From contig JBDRVN010000002.1 in the NCBI GenBank assembly GCA_039801885.1, positions 2,057-66,056 on the forward strand: a stretch of DNA of 64,000 nucleotides. Direction: 5' to 3'. Shown piece by piece: positions 40,892 through 49,472 of this stretch. Below the pieces are notes generated by a model, which had not been told where the DNA came from, ran no database searches, and was given only the letters and a program-made list of their open reading frames with translations. Position 1 is the first letter of the stretch, and every line of letters begins with the position of its first letter. The DNA comes from a candidate division WOR-3 bacterium. Lineage in GTDB: Bacteria > Hydrothermota > Tepidihabitantia > Tepidihabitantales > DTDR01. The position numbers were made by a program, and so were the translations under genes.

Positions 40892-43800
40892 AAAGGGTTA
40901 TTTTATTTTTATTTTAATAATTATCTTTCTTTTAATTATTTATTTTGCCCTTTTTTTTACTACTAAAAATTACCTATTACCTAAATTGCTAAAAGGAATT
41001 GGAATAAAAGAGATTAAAAAACTGGAATTGTCCCCCCTTTTTAATCAAATTTTACTTACGGAAGGTAAAGGCGATTTTTTAAATTTTCAAAAAGCCGAAA
41101 TGAAATTTTATCCCCTGGCGATTTTTCAAAGAAAAATTATTATTGAAAAATTTGTTTTAGAAAAATTAGCGATTAAAATTGGAGAAAAAAGAGAAGGAAT
41201 AAAAGAAGAGAAGGAAACCAAAAAAGAGATTACCTTTATTTTACCCTTATTTTTAAAAGAGATTGAAATAAGAGATATAATTTTTCAAGATTTTAATTTT
41301 AAAAGAGAGAAATTGGAATTAAGAAATTTGAAAATTAATCTTTTCGGAATTTTCAAGGATGGTAAAATAAATGGCAAAATAAAAGAAATCGCTGGCGAAG
41401 TTTTTTATGATAAATATAATTATCCTTTTTCTCTTTTAAAAACCGATTTAGAATTAAATAATGAAAAATTTTTACTTACTAATTTAAATTTAATAGTAAA
41501 AAATTCTTTTCTTTTTGGAGAGGTTAGTTATAATTGGAAAGATAGCGAGTGGCGGATAAAGATTGATAGCTCCTTTTTAAATCTCCAAGATTTCGCTTTT
41601 TACGAAGGAGAAGGGAAAATTAAAGGAAGTTTATTAATCAAAGATAGTAAATATAATGGTGAGATAGGTATTTTCTTTAAAAAGGTAAAAATTGTTAAAG
41701 AGATTGAAGATATTGAAGGAAAATTTAGTTTTTTAGACCAAATAGTTTCTTATCAATTAAGAGGGAAAATATTTGGCTCTTCTTTTAGAACCAAAGGAAA
41801 ATTTAATATCCAGGACTTTTCTTATGATTTGATTATGGAAATTTTTAATTTAAAAAATCTATTGCCCTTTGAACTAAAAAAAGGAAAATTAGAAATTAGT
41901 GGTAAGAAATTTATTTTAGTTAACTTCAAATTGGATTTAACTTTTCTTGATGAGAAGATTGATTTCTTAAAAGGTGAAGGAGTTTATCAAGATAGAAAGG
42001 TTTTTATCAAAAATCTGATCGGTGAAGGGAAAGGGGTTTCTTTTTCTTTGCAAGGAGAGTTAAGTAAAGAAAAAATATTAATCACCGCCGAGATAACCAA
42101 ATTACCCTTAACAATTGTTAATGTTTTCTTTTCCAAAGAACTTAAGGGAATAGTAAAAGGAAAGGGAGATTTTGTTTATGAGAAAAAAATTTTTTCAGTA
42201 AAGGGTGATTGGCGGATAACAGATTTTTCTTTTAAAGAGGCAAATCTATCCTTTAAAGATTTTAAATTTTTAGGTAATTTTTCTTTAAAAGAGAGAATAG
42301 ATTTAGAAGGAGAAATAAATTTAAAAGAACTAAAAACCGCTTATTTATCTTTTGATACCTTAAAAATCAATTCTTTCTTTAAAGATTTTCAGTTAATAGC
42401 ATTTCTTAATAGTTCCTTTTTGAAGATTAATGGTAATTTCCTTAGTAATCTCAAAGATAGTCTATTATTTTCTTTAACAGATGTTGAATTTGTTTTTAAT
42501 GGCAATCGTTTTCTGAATACAAAACCAGTAATTATTGAAATAAAAAAGAATAGTTTTAAGTTAGAAAATTTCAATCTAAAATATGGCGAAGGCGAATTGG
42601 TTTTTAATTTAGAAAAGGAAAAGGATATTTTAAAATTAGAAAGTGAGATTAAAGCCTTTGCTTTGGAGAATTTCTTTTTAATTAGCAAAAAGAAAAAGGA
42701 AATTTTTGGTAAAGTAAATAGTCAAATTCTTTTAACTTATGATTTGAAAAAGAAGTATTTAAACAATTTTCTTTTAAATACAAAAATTTTTGATTGCCAA
42801 TTTCAGAAATTATCCTTTGATTCTCTTATCGGCAATTTCTCTTTGGCAGGCGAAACAATTATTTTAAAAAACCTCTCTCTTTTTAAAGAAGATAAGGACT
42901 CAAAGATATATGGTTTCTTAATCTACGATTTTGAAAAAAAGGAATTGGTTAGTGAAGATCTAACAATTGAATTAGAAAATTTTCCCAGCGATATTATCTT
43001 TTTCATTCCCGATATCTTGATTGCCCAAGGAGGAAGGATTAATGGTAAAATAAGTTTAGGGGGAAATTTAAGAAACCCAAGAATGAGAGGAAGGGCAAGT
43101 TTAACTGGCGGTGAGATAATCTTGAAAATTCCTGAAGCCAAGATAAAAGATGTTTCGGCAACAATTATCTTTTCCGAAAGGGAGATTATTTTTCACCAAA
43201 TCTCAGGAAAAGTAAAAGAAGGCGAAGTTTTTGCTAATGGTTTTATTAGATTGGGTGAATTTTTCCAGATTGATACCTTACATAAAGATATTAAATTTAC
43301 TAATCTACCAATAACTTACGAGAAAGATTTCATTGGTGTTATTAGTGGTGATGCTTTTCTTTCTTTAAATAAAAATAATTATTTAAAGGTTGTTGGTAAT
43401 GCCGAAATTAAAGAGGCTTTAATTACCATTCCCTTTGGAGCAAAAAGGGAAGGAGAAATAAAAGAAGTGGATACTTTATTAGAATTGGACCTAACTTTCA
43501 AAGGAGAGCGAAATATCTGGTTAAGGAATAAAAATGCTGATGTCGAATTGGGTGTTGATTTTAATCTCAAATTAAAAAAGGGTAAATTTATTTATAGTGG
43601 TAAGATAAATACGAGGCAGGGATATCTTTATTATTTAGGAAGGAGTTTGGAATTAAAGGAAGGGGAGATTGTTTTTGAAAACATTGCCCATTTTGACCCA
43701 AGGGTTTATTTAGTTGGTTCTTTAACCACCAAGCCGATAACCTATCAAAATAGAAAAGAAAGATTTAAAATCTTTTTGGAAGTTAATGGTTATCTCTCTC

Positions 43801-44225
43801 TTCCCAACTTTAATCTATCTTCTGAGCCACCTTATTTAAGTCAGGAAGAGATAATCAGTTATTTAGGCTTATCTTTCACACCGGAAGAGTTAAAAAATTG
43901 GGAAGAGAAAGATCTCTTTTTAGATATCTTACAGGATAGAATATTATCCTATTTTGAAAAAGAGACTTCCGAAAGGTTAAGGAAGTATATTGGTCTTGAC
44001 TATTTCCGATTAGAGAGTAGTTTTCGGGGAGAGCCCTATTTAAGGCTTTCGGTTGGTAAATATCTTGGTGAGAAATTATATTTCAGTTATACCCATAGTT
44101 TCATTGAAGAGAAACAGGATGTCTTTCGGGCAGAATATTATCTAAATAAAAATAATCAGATAATTGGTGAGCGAAATGAGTTTGGCAAAACAGTAATAAA
44201 ATATCTCTTTTATTTCCGATTTTAA
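40881..44225 (+). CDS. TamB/AsmA-like translocation-and-assembly module protein
   Basis: 1114 aa. It has an N-terminal TM anchor, a long beta-rich repetitive body and a DUF490-like C-terminus. It is paired with the upstream Omp85-family gene. Confidence 0.6.
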   Translation: MFFKKGYFIFILIIIFLLIIYFALFFTTKNYLLPKLLKGIGIKEIKKLELSPLFNQILLTEGKGDFLNFQKAEMKFYPLAIFQRKIIIEKFVLEKLAIKIGEKREGIKEEKETKKEITFILPLFLKEIEIRDIIFQDFNFKREKLELRNLKINLFGIFKDGKINGKIKEIAGEVFYDKYNYPFSLLKTDLELNNEKFLLTNLNLIVKNSFLFGEVSYNWKDSEWRIKIDSSFLNLQDFAFYEGEGKIKGSLLIKDSKYNGEIGIFFKKVKIVKEIEDIEGKFSFLDQIVSYQLRGKIFGSSFRTKGKFNIQDFSYDLIMEIFNLKNLLPFELKKGKLEISGKKFILVNFKLDLTFLDEKIDFLKGEGVYQDRKVFIKNLIGEGKGVSFSLQGELSKEKILITAEITKLPLTIVNVFFSKELKGIVKGKGDFVYEKKIFSVKGDWRITDFSFKEANLSFKDFKFLGNFSLKERIDLEGEINLKELKTAYLSFDTLKINSFFKDFQLIAFLNSSFLKINGNFLSNLKDSLLFSLTDVEFVFNGNRFLNTKPVIIEIKKNSFKLENFNLKYGEGELVFNLEKEKDILKLESEIKAFALENFFLISKKKKEIFGKVNSQILLTYDLKKKYLNNFLLNTKIFDCQFQKLSFDSLIGNFSLAGETIILKNLSLFKEDKDSKIYGFLIYDFEKKELVSEDLTIELENFPSDIIFFIPDILIAQGGRINGKISLGGNLRNPRMRGRASLTGGEIILKIPEAKIKDVSATIIFSEREIIFHQISGKVKEGEVFANGFIRLGEFFQIDTLHKDIKFTNLPITYEKDFIGVISGDAFLSLNKNNYLKVVGNAEIKEALITIPFGAKREGEIKEVDTLLELDLTFKGERNIWLRNKNADVELGVDFNLKLKKGKFIYSGKINTRQGYLYYLGRSLELKEGEIVFENIAHFDPRVYLVGSLTTKPITYQNRKERFKIFLEVNGYLSLPNFNLSSEPPYLSQEEIISYLGLSFTPEELKNWEEKDLFLDILQDRILSYFEKETSERLRKYIGLDYFRLESSFRGEPYLRLSVGKYLGEKLYFSYTHSFIEEKQDVFRAEYYLNKNNQIIGERNEFGKTVIKYLFYFRF

Positions 44226-46046
44226 ATGGTTGGTAAAATAGCAATTTATGGGCTTTCCTTAAAGCCCTTGGATTATCTTTTGCCCGAAAGGTTTCTAAAA
44301 GAAGTTAGTTTAGGTTCTTTGGTAAAGGTTCCCTTAAAAGAAAAGGAATATTATGGTGTCCTTCTTGATTTTAAAGAAGAAAGCAAAGAGAAAGAATTGA
44401 AAGAGATTAAAGAAGTTATTATAAAAGATTTTCTACCAAAAAAGTTATTGCGATTAATAAAAACAACTGCTCGTTATTATTTTTTAGAGATTAGTGATTT
44501 ATTAAATTACATCTTACCAAAGAATTTAATTAAAAATTTGGTTAAGGAAAAAGAAGAATTTCCGATAACCGAAGAAGAAAAAGAAAATAAAAAGATAACT
44601 CCTTATTTCTTTTGGCAATATCCCGATTTTAAACTTTTCAAAAAGTTTTTTCCCTTTATTGAAAAACTAATTAAAAATAATAAAAGCATCTTACTAATCT
44701 TTCCCACCTTTGAGATTTTAAATAATTATTATCAATTCTTTTCGGAGAATTTTCCCAACAAAGATATCAATCTTTATCAATACCATTATCAAATCAAAAG
44801 AAAAGAAGAGATAAATATTTGGAAAGAGATAAGAAAAGGTAAGAGTTGTGTTCTATTTTCTATCAGGCAGGGAATATTTTTGCCCTTTTTAAATTTGGGT
44901 GCTATCTTTCTTTTCTTTGAAGATATTCCCATTTACAAAGAATGGGAAAGGAAAATCCATTTTGATGTTAGAAAGGTTTCGCTTTTTCGTGCTTATTTAG
45001 AAGATATCCCTTTATTTATCTTTACACCCACTCCCAGTTTAGAACTTTTCTATCAGACTCTCAAAAAAAAGATAAAAGTAATAAAAAAAGATAAAAATTT
45101 TTTAGAGAGAAAAAGGATAATAATTATAAAGAAAAGGGAAGATAAGATTTTGAGTGAAGAGTTAAGAAAATTTCTTTTTTATCAAAAAGAGAAGGAGAAT
45201 TCTTTTTTATTAATTCCCGAAAAGAGTTATAGTAAAATTGTCTATTGTGAAGATTGTGGCTATTTTCCCAAATGTCCAACTTGTGAGATTGCTCTTTCCT
45301 ATTTCAAAAATCCGCCACGTTTTGAATGTCCCTATTGTCGTTATCAAATAATCTTTGATACCTGTCCCAAATGTGAAAGTGAGAATTTCTATTATAAATA
45401 TTTTGGCAAAGAGAAACTTTTAGAAGAGTTAGCAAAAGAAGGCTTTATTAACAAAGAGAATATTAAGATTGGTGGTTTCTTTGATGCTCTCTCTTTAACT
45501 TCTTACTTAGATTTTTCGGCAATTTTAGATTACGAAAGACTTTTCTCTTATTTTGGCTATTTAAGTGAAGAAAGGGTTTTACAGATAATTATCTATCTTC
45601 TTTCTAAAACAAAAGAAGATGGTTTTCTTCTTATTCAGAAAAGGGATAAGAAAGAAGATGAGCTTATCAGAATTTTGAAAACAAAAAAGTTAGAAGGAGC
45701 TTACTTATCTATTCTGAGAAAAAGAAAACAACTGTTATATCCACCTTTTTCCAAATTATTATTAATAAAAGTGATTGGTGAAAAAGAGAAACTAATAAAA
45801 TCAGTCTATAAGATAAAAGAAAATATTGAAAAACTTTTAGAAGAGAAAGTAAAAGATTTTAATAAAATTAAGATTTTAGGTCCTTTAAAAAAAATAAAAA
45901 GGAAAAGGAAAAAAAGGGTATATCAATTTCTTTTAAAGATTCCTAAAAATATAAAAATCTATAACTTTTTAAGTTTAGAAGATTTTAAAAATTTAAGGGT
46001 TAAAAATTTAGAAATAGAAATTGACTTTGAGCCGATTGATATTTAA
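44226..46046 (+). CDS. priA: Primosomal protein N' (PriA) homolog with degenerate ATPase motifs
   Basis: The N-terminal 3'-DNA-binding-like region matches (LDYLLPE...GSLVKVPL). The PriA Cys-rich zinc module is CEDCGYFPKCPTCE...CPYCRY...CPKCES. Walker A is absent and DEEH is replaced by FFED. Confidence 0.6.
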   Translation: MVGKIAIYGLSLKPLDYLLPERFLKEVSLGSLVKVPLKEKEYYGVLLDFKEESKEKELKEIKEVIIKDFLPKKLLRLIKTTARYYFLEISDLLNYILPKNLIKNLVKEKEEFPITEEEKENKKITPYFFWQYPDFKLFKKFFPFIEKLIKNNKSILLIFPTFEILNNYYQFFSENFPNKDINLYQYHYQIKRKEEINIWKEIRKGKSCVLFSIRQGIFLPFLNLGAIFLFFEDIPIYKEWERKIHFDVRKVSLFRAYLEDIPLFIFTPTPSLELFYQTLKKKIKVIKKDKNFLERKRIIIIKKREDKILSEELRKFLFYQKEKENSFLLIPEKSYSKIVYCEDCGYFPKCPTCEIALSYFKNPPRFECPYCRYQIIFDTCPKCESENFYYKYFGKEKLLEELAKEGFINKENIKIGGFFDALSLTSYLDFSAILDYERLFSYFGYLSEERVLQIIIYLLSKTKEDGFLLIQKRDKKEDELIRILKTKKLEGAYLSILRKRKQLLYPPFSKLLLIKVIGEKEKLIKSVYKIKENIEKLLEEKVKDFNKIKILGPLKKIKRKRKKRVYQFLLKIPKNIKIYNFLSLEDFKNLRVKNLEIEIDFEPIDI

Positions 46047-46047
46047 A

Positions 46048-46671
46048 TTATGGGTCGGCTGGCGGCTCTAATTTATCAATATCATCGGTATAATCCCCAA
46101 TATCAATCGTAAAATAGCCTTCTACTTCCAAATCTTTTTCCGAAAGCAAATCTTTTCCTTTAAATCTTATCTTGGCACTCAATACCCGAAATTCTTCTAA
46201 TTCACTTAAATACATTTCAATATAAGAAACCGGCATTATTTTTACTTTTGCTTCCACACTTTTCTTACCTTCTGGGTCGCTCGGTATTAAAATATTACAT
46301 TTTCCTTTTACCTTCTCACCTTTAAATTTATCTTCCGAAGCCATACCCGGAGTTATATCTTCAAAAGTTATTTCGTAATCAGTTAACAAGGCAGTATAAG
46401 TTCCGGGAGCAGTTGGTAAACCAATACCGATTTCCGTATAAACAAATTCAAAAGGAGCATATTGGTCCCACATTGCTTCATCATAAACCTTTTCACCTTC
46501 TTCTGTATAGGAATAAACATCAATCACATCAATTTTTACTGGTGCGTCTTCATTTATACTTTTTATCCTTAAGGCATTCTTATGTTGGATATCACAACTA
46601 ATTAAAAGAAACAATAATAAAAAAAGTTTAAGATATTTCATTACTCCTCCTTTTAAAATTTTATCTTTCAT
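46048..46671 (-). CDS. Hypothetical lipoprotein
   Basis: It has a signal peptide with lipobox LLISC. It is 207 aa and acidic. Confidence 0.5.
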   Translation of the reverse strand: MKDKILKGGVMKYLKLFLLLFLLISCDIQHKNALRIKSINEDAPVKIDVIDVYSYTEEGEKVYDEAMWDQYAPFEFVYTEIGIGLPTAPGTYTALLTDYEITFEDITPGMASEDKFKGEKVKGKCNILIPSDPEGKKSVEAKVKIMPVSYIEMYLSELEEFRVLSAKIRFKGKDLLSEKDLEVEGYFTIDIGDYTDDIDKLEPPADP

Positions 46672-46818
46672 AATAAAAATAATAACTAAAAAAAATATTT
46701 ATGTCAATAAGATAAAAACAAAATCCTATAATATCTCCTATACTGCCCCTTTTATAATAGAAAGTAAATCCCTCCTGTCTTATCAAAGTAGTGCTAAAAA
46801 GATATTTAAAAGGACTAA

Positions 46819-47136
46819 TTATTTACCTTTTAACAGAAGAAAATACAACTCCTTTAATACCTCCTTTTCCAATTTATTTCTTACCATTTCTTTCTTAATG
46901 AGATTTTCAACTTCTTGTAATCTTCTTTTCTTTATCAATTTGTATGCCCTTCTTAGAAAGTTAAGATAACCCAAATAAAAGGTTTCTTGAATAGGATAAT
47001 TCTTCAAAATTTCCTTCAACTTCTCTTCGTATTTTAAGAGCTCTTTCATTTGGTAATAATATTTATAAGTTGATTTTGGGTATTCACAACCGAAATTAAA
47101 ATAGTATTTACTCACCCTTTTCTTTAGTTTTCTCAT
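46819..47136 (-). CDS. Small uncharacterised protein, paralog family member C
   Basis: 105 aa. It reads MRK..+R.+KYY...EYP...FYLGYLNFLRRAYKL. It overlaps the upstream paralog B by 4 nt (ATGA). Confidence 0.5.
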   Translation of the reverse strand: MRKLKKRVSKYYFNFGCEYPKSTYKYYYQMKELLKYEEKLKEILKNYPIQETFYLGYLNFLRRAYKLIKKRRLQEVENLIKKEMVRNKLEKEVLKELYFLLLKGK

Positions 47137-47495
47137 AAGATAATACCAAACAAATCAATCCTTAATTTTTCCATAATCTCTTTATTCAAGCCCTTTGCTT
47201 CCCATTTACTTTCACTAATCGCAACAAGTTTATAAAGCATAATCCCCGAATATTTATTAGTAAGCCGCCAGATTTCCTTCGCATAAGAGAAATAAAATAC
47301 ATATTGGGTAGGTATTGTTTCCGGATGGGTGTCTAAGATAGTCTTTATCTTGGTATCCAGTGCCGCAAGTTCACCATATTTTTCAACAATATTCTCAATC
47401 ATCTGCTCTTTTAGACTTTCATATCTTTTCTTATTAATTTCTGGGTCTAATTTTGCGATATACTTATTAACTCTTTGATAAGCGTTTCTTACCAT
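47133..47495 (-). CDS. Small uncharacterised protein, paralog family member B
   Basis: 120 aa. The block RVNKYIAKLD...IPTQYVFYFSYAKEIWRLTNKY is clearly homologous to ORF 22259..22606. Confidence 0.5.
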   Translation of the reverse strand: MVRNAYQRVNKYIAKLDPEINKKRYESLKEQMIENIVEKYGELAALDTKIKTILDTHPETIPTQYVFYFSYAKEIWRLTNKYSGIMLYKLVAISESKWEAKGLNKEIMEKLRIDLFGIIL

Positions 47496-47650
47496 AATAT
47501 CCTCCTTTTTATTTATTTTCCCTTACATATATATAACGAAAAAGAAGGGCAAAAGGTTACCACTTTTTTTAATATTGACTTTTATCAATTTAATTTTATA
47601 ATTTATGATATTGAGGGAAAAATTTTTGCTCTTTGGCAATTGGGTTAAGA

Positions 47651-47769
47651 CTTTTTTGATTAAAAAGAAATTGCGACATTATTAGAATATATAGAGAAGG
47701 GAAAAAACCGCGATGTTTATTCTGAATAGTCAAAATCTATTCCCTGATTAAAAAGGGATTGCGACATAG
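47651..47769 (+). repeat. Direct repeats gattaaaaag(a/g)(a/g)attgcgacat (x2) upstream of the RHH gene; a third partial copy is downstream at about 48058-48090
   Basis: Read directly. The first copy is gattaaaaagaaattgcgacat at about 47651-47675. The second is gattaaaaagggattgcgacat at about 47745-47768. The downstream copy is agtcaaaacttttcccctaattaaaaagggat, about 26 of 32 identical to the second upstream copy. Confidence 0.6.
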
Positions 47770-47803
47770 AATTAACAGATTTGATTTTAAAATGGAGGTG
47801 AAA

Positions 47804-48016
47804 ATGGCAAGAAAGTTATTTAGTTTATATTTTGATGAGGATATTTATAATAAAATAGTTGAGTGGGCAGAAGGGATAGGGATTTCACGAGCGAGATTGA
47901 TTAATGTAGTTTTCAACTTCATATTCGGACGGGCAGGAATAAAAAATGTAATTAATGATAAAATATATGAATTATGTAAAAAGGCAATTGAAGAATATGA
48001 AAAAATACAGAAATAA
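47804..48016 (+). CDS. Ribbon-helix-helix (CopG/Arc-like) small DNA-binding protein
   Basis: The predicted pattern is a beta strand followed by two helices (KLFSLYFDEDIYNKIVEWAEGIGISRARLINVVFNFIF). The strong SD ggaggtg precedes the ATG at 47804. The ORF-track start at 47759 lacks an SD. Confidence 0.55.
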   Translation: MARKLFSLYFDEDIYNKIVEWAEGIGISRARLINVVFNFIFGRAGIKNVINDKIYELCKKAIEEYEKIQK

Positions 48017-48229
48017 GGAGAAATGATGCAGCAAGGTGTGGTTCTCCATCAGTCAAAACTTTTCCCCTAATTAAAAAGGGATCGGTGGTTTAAATCGAAA
48101 TTTGGAATGTGAAAAAAGAGAAAAATTATTAATTCTTATTTCCACATTTGCTAAACTTTTCCTGATAAAAAGGTTTAATTTTCTTGCTATTGATATTTTC
48201 TAAAAATTGATTATATTTTAATCTAAAGG

Positions 48230-48316
48230 AGAGGTGTCCGAGTGGACGAAGGAGCACGACTGGAAATCGTGTGCACACCCAAAAGGTGTGCCGTGGGTTC
48301 GAATCCCACCCTCTCC
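48230..48316 (+). tRNA. tRNA-Ser (anticodon GGA)
   Basis: The acceptor ggagagg pairs with cctctcc. The anticodon loop is ctGGAaa. The long variable arm is gcacacc caaaa ggtgtgc. The T-arm is gtggg ttcgaat cccac. Confidence 0.8.
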
Positions 48317-48335
48317 GTAAATTTTTATTTATTAA

Positions 48336-49472
48336 ATGGAAGCCTTTGCTAAAAGAGTAACCCTTTTACCACCTTACCTCTTTAAAAAATTAGACGATTT
48401 GAAAAGGGAATATAAAGAAAATCTGATTGATTTTGGTGAAGGAAATCCTGACCTGCCACCTTCCCAAAATATTATTAAGGCTTTTAAGAATGCCTTAAAT
48501 AAATTGGAAAATCATCGGTACCCAAAATACCGCGGCGAATTGGAATTAAGAGAGGCAATTTGTGAATGGTATGATAAAAGGTTTGGTGTAAAATTAGACC
48601 CAGAAAAAGAGGTTGCTGTTCTTATCGGTAGTAAAGAAGGAATTGCTCATTTTATTTGGGGAGTATGCGATAAAGATGATGTCTATGTTACTACCGACCC
48701 TATCTTTCCTCCTTATCATAATAATCCCTTATTAGTTGGGGCAAAAATTTTTACCCTGCCATTAAAAGAAGAGAATAATTTTTTACCCGATTTGGATGAC
48801 CTTAAAAAAATAAGAAAGATAAAATTGTTAGCCATTAATTTCCCTAATAATCCAACAACCGCTTTTGCTAATTTAGATTTTTATAAAGATTTGGTTGCTC
48901 TTGCCCAAAAATACGGATTTTTTATCTCTAACGATAATGCCTATTCGGAAATCTATTTTGAAGAAAAACCACCAAGTATTTTACAAGTAAAAGGAGCAAA
49001 GGAATTTTGTTGTGAGTTCCATTCTTTTTCTAAAAGTTTTAACCTCTGTGGCTGGCGACTTGGTTTTATCTGTGGTAATAAAGATTTGATAAACGCAATG
49101 ATGAAGATAAAAGAGAATGTTGATACCGGTCCTTTTAAGGCAATCCAAGAAGCCGGTATTTATGCTTTAAGATATGAATATAATTTTCCAGAAAAGTTAA
49201 GAAGGATTTATTTAAAAAGACAAAATTTGTTATTACCGGCTTTATTAGAATATGGTTTTGAAATTAAAAAACCAAAGGCAACATTTTATTTGTGGGCAAA
49301 AATACCAAAGAAGGAAAAATCTTCATTAAGATTTGCCTTAAAACTTCTCAAAGAGAAAAGAATTTTAGTAGCACCTGGTAGCGGTTTTGGTAAGTATGGA
49401 GAAGGTTATTTAAGATTTTCTTTAACGGTTAATGAGAAGTTGATAAAGGAGGCTATTTCTCGTTTAAAATGA
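48336..49472 (+). CDS. Class I/II PLP-dependent aminotransferase (AspC/DapL-like)
   Basis: The PLP-lysine context is SFSKSFNLCGWRLGF, and an NPTT-like motif is present. It is 378 aa and translationally coupled to lysC. Confidence 0.75.
   Translation: MEAFAKRVTLLPPYLFKKLDDLKREYKENLIDFGEGNPDLPPSQNIIKAFKNALNKLENHRYPKYRGELELREAICEWYDKRFGVKLDPEKEVAVLIGSKEGIAHFIWGVCDKDDVYVTTDPIFPPYHNNPLLVGAKIFTLPLKEENNFLPDLDDLKKIRKIKLLAINFPNNPTTAFANLDFYKDLVALAQKYGFFISNDNAYSEIYFEEKPPSILQVKGAKEFCCEFHSFSKSFNLCGWRLGFICGNKDLINAMMKIKENVDTGPFKAIQEAGIYALRYEYNFPEKLRRIYLKRQNLLLPALLEYGFEIKKPKATFYLWAKIPKKEKSSLRFALKLLKEKRILVAPGSGFGKYGEGYLRFSLTVNEKLIKEAISRLK

Noticed and set aside
46048-48316. Integrated mobile element at tRNA-Ser
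   Set aside because: There are small accessory-like genes, repeats and an RHH regulator next to a tRNA. No integrase, recombinase or transposase, and no duplication of the tRNA 3' end, are visible within the window. I report it as an island-like cassette only.
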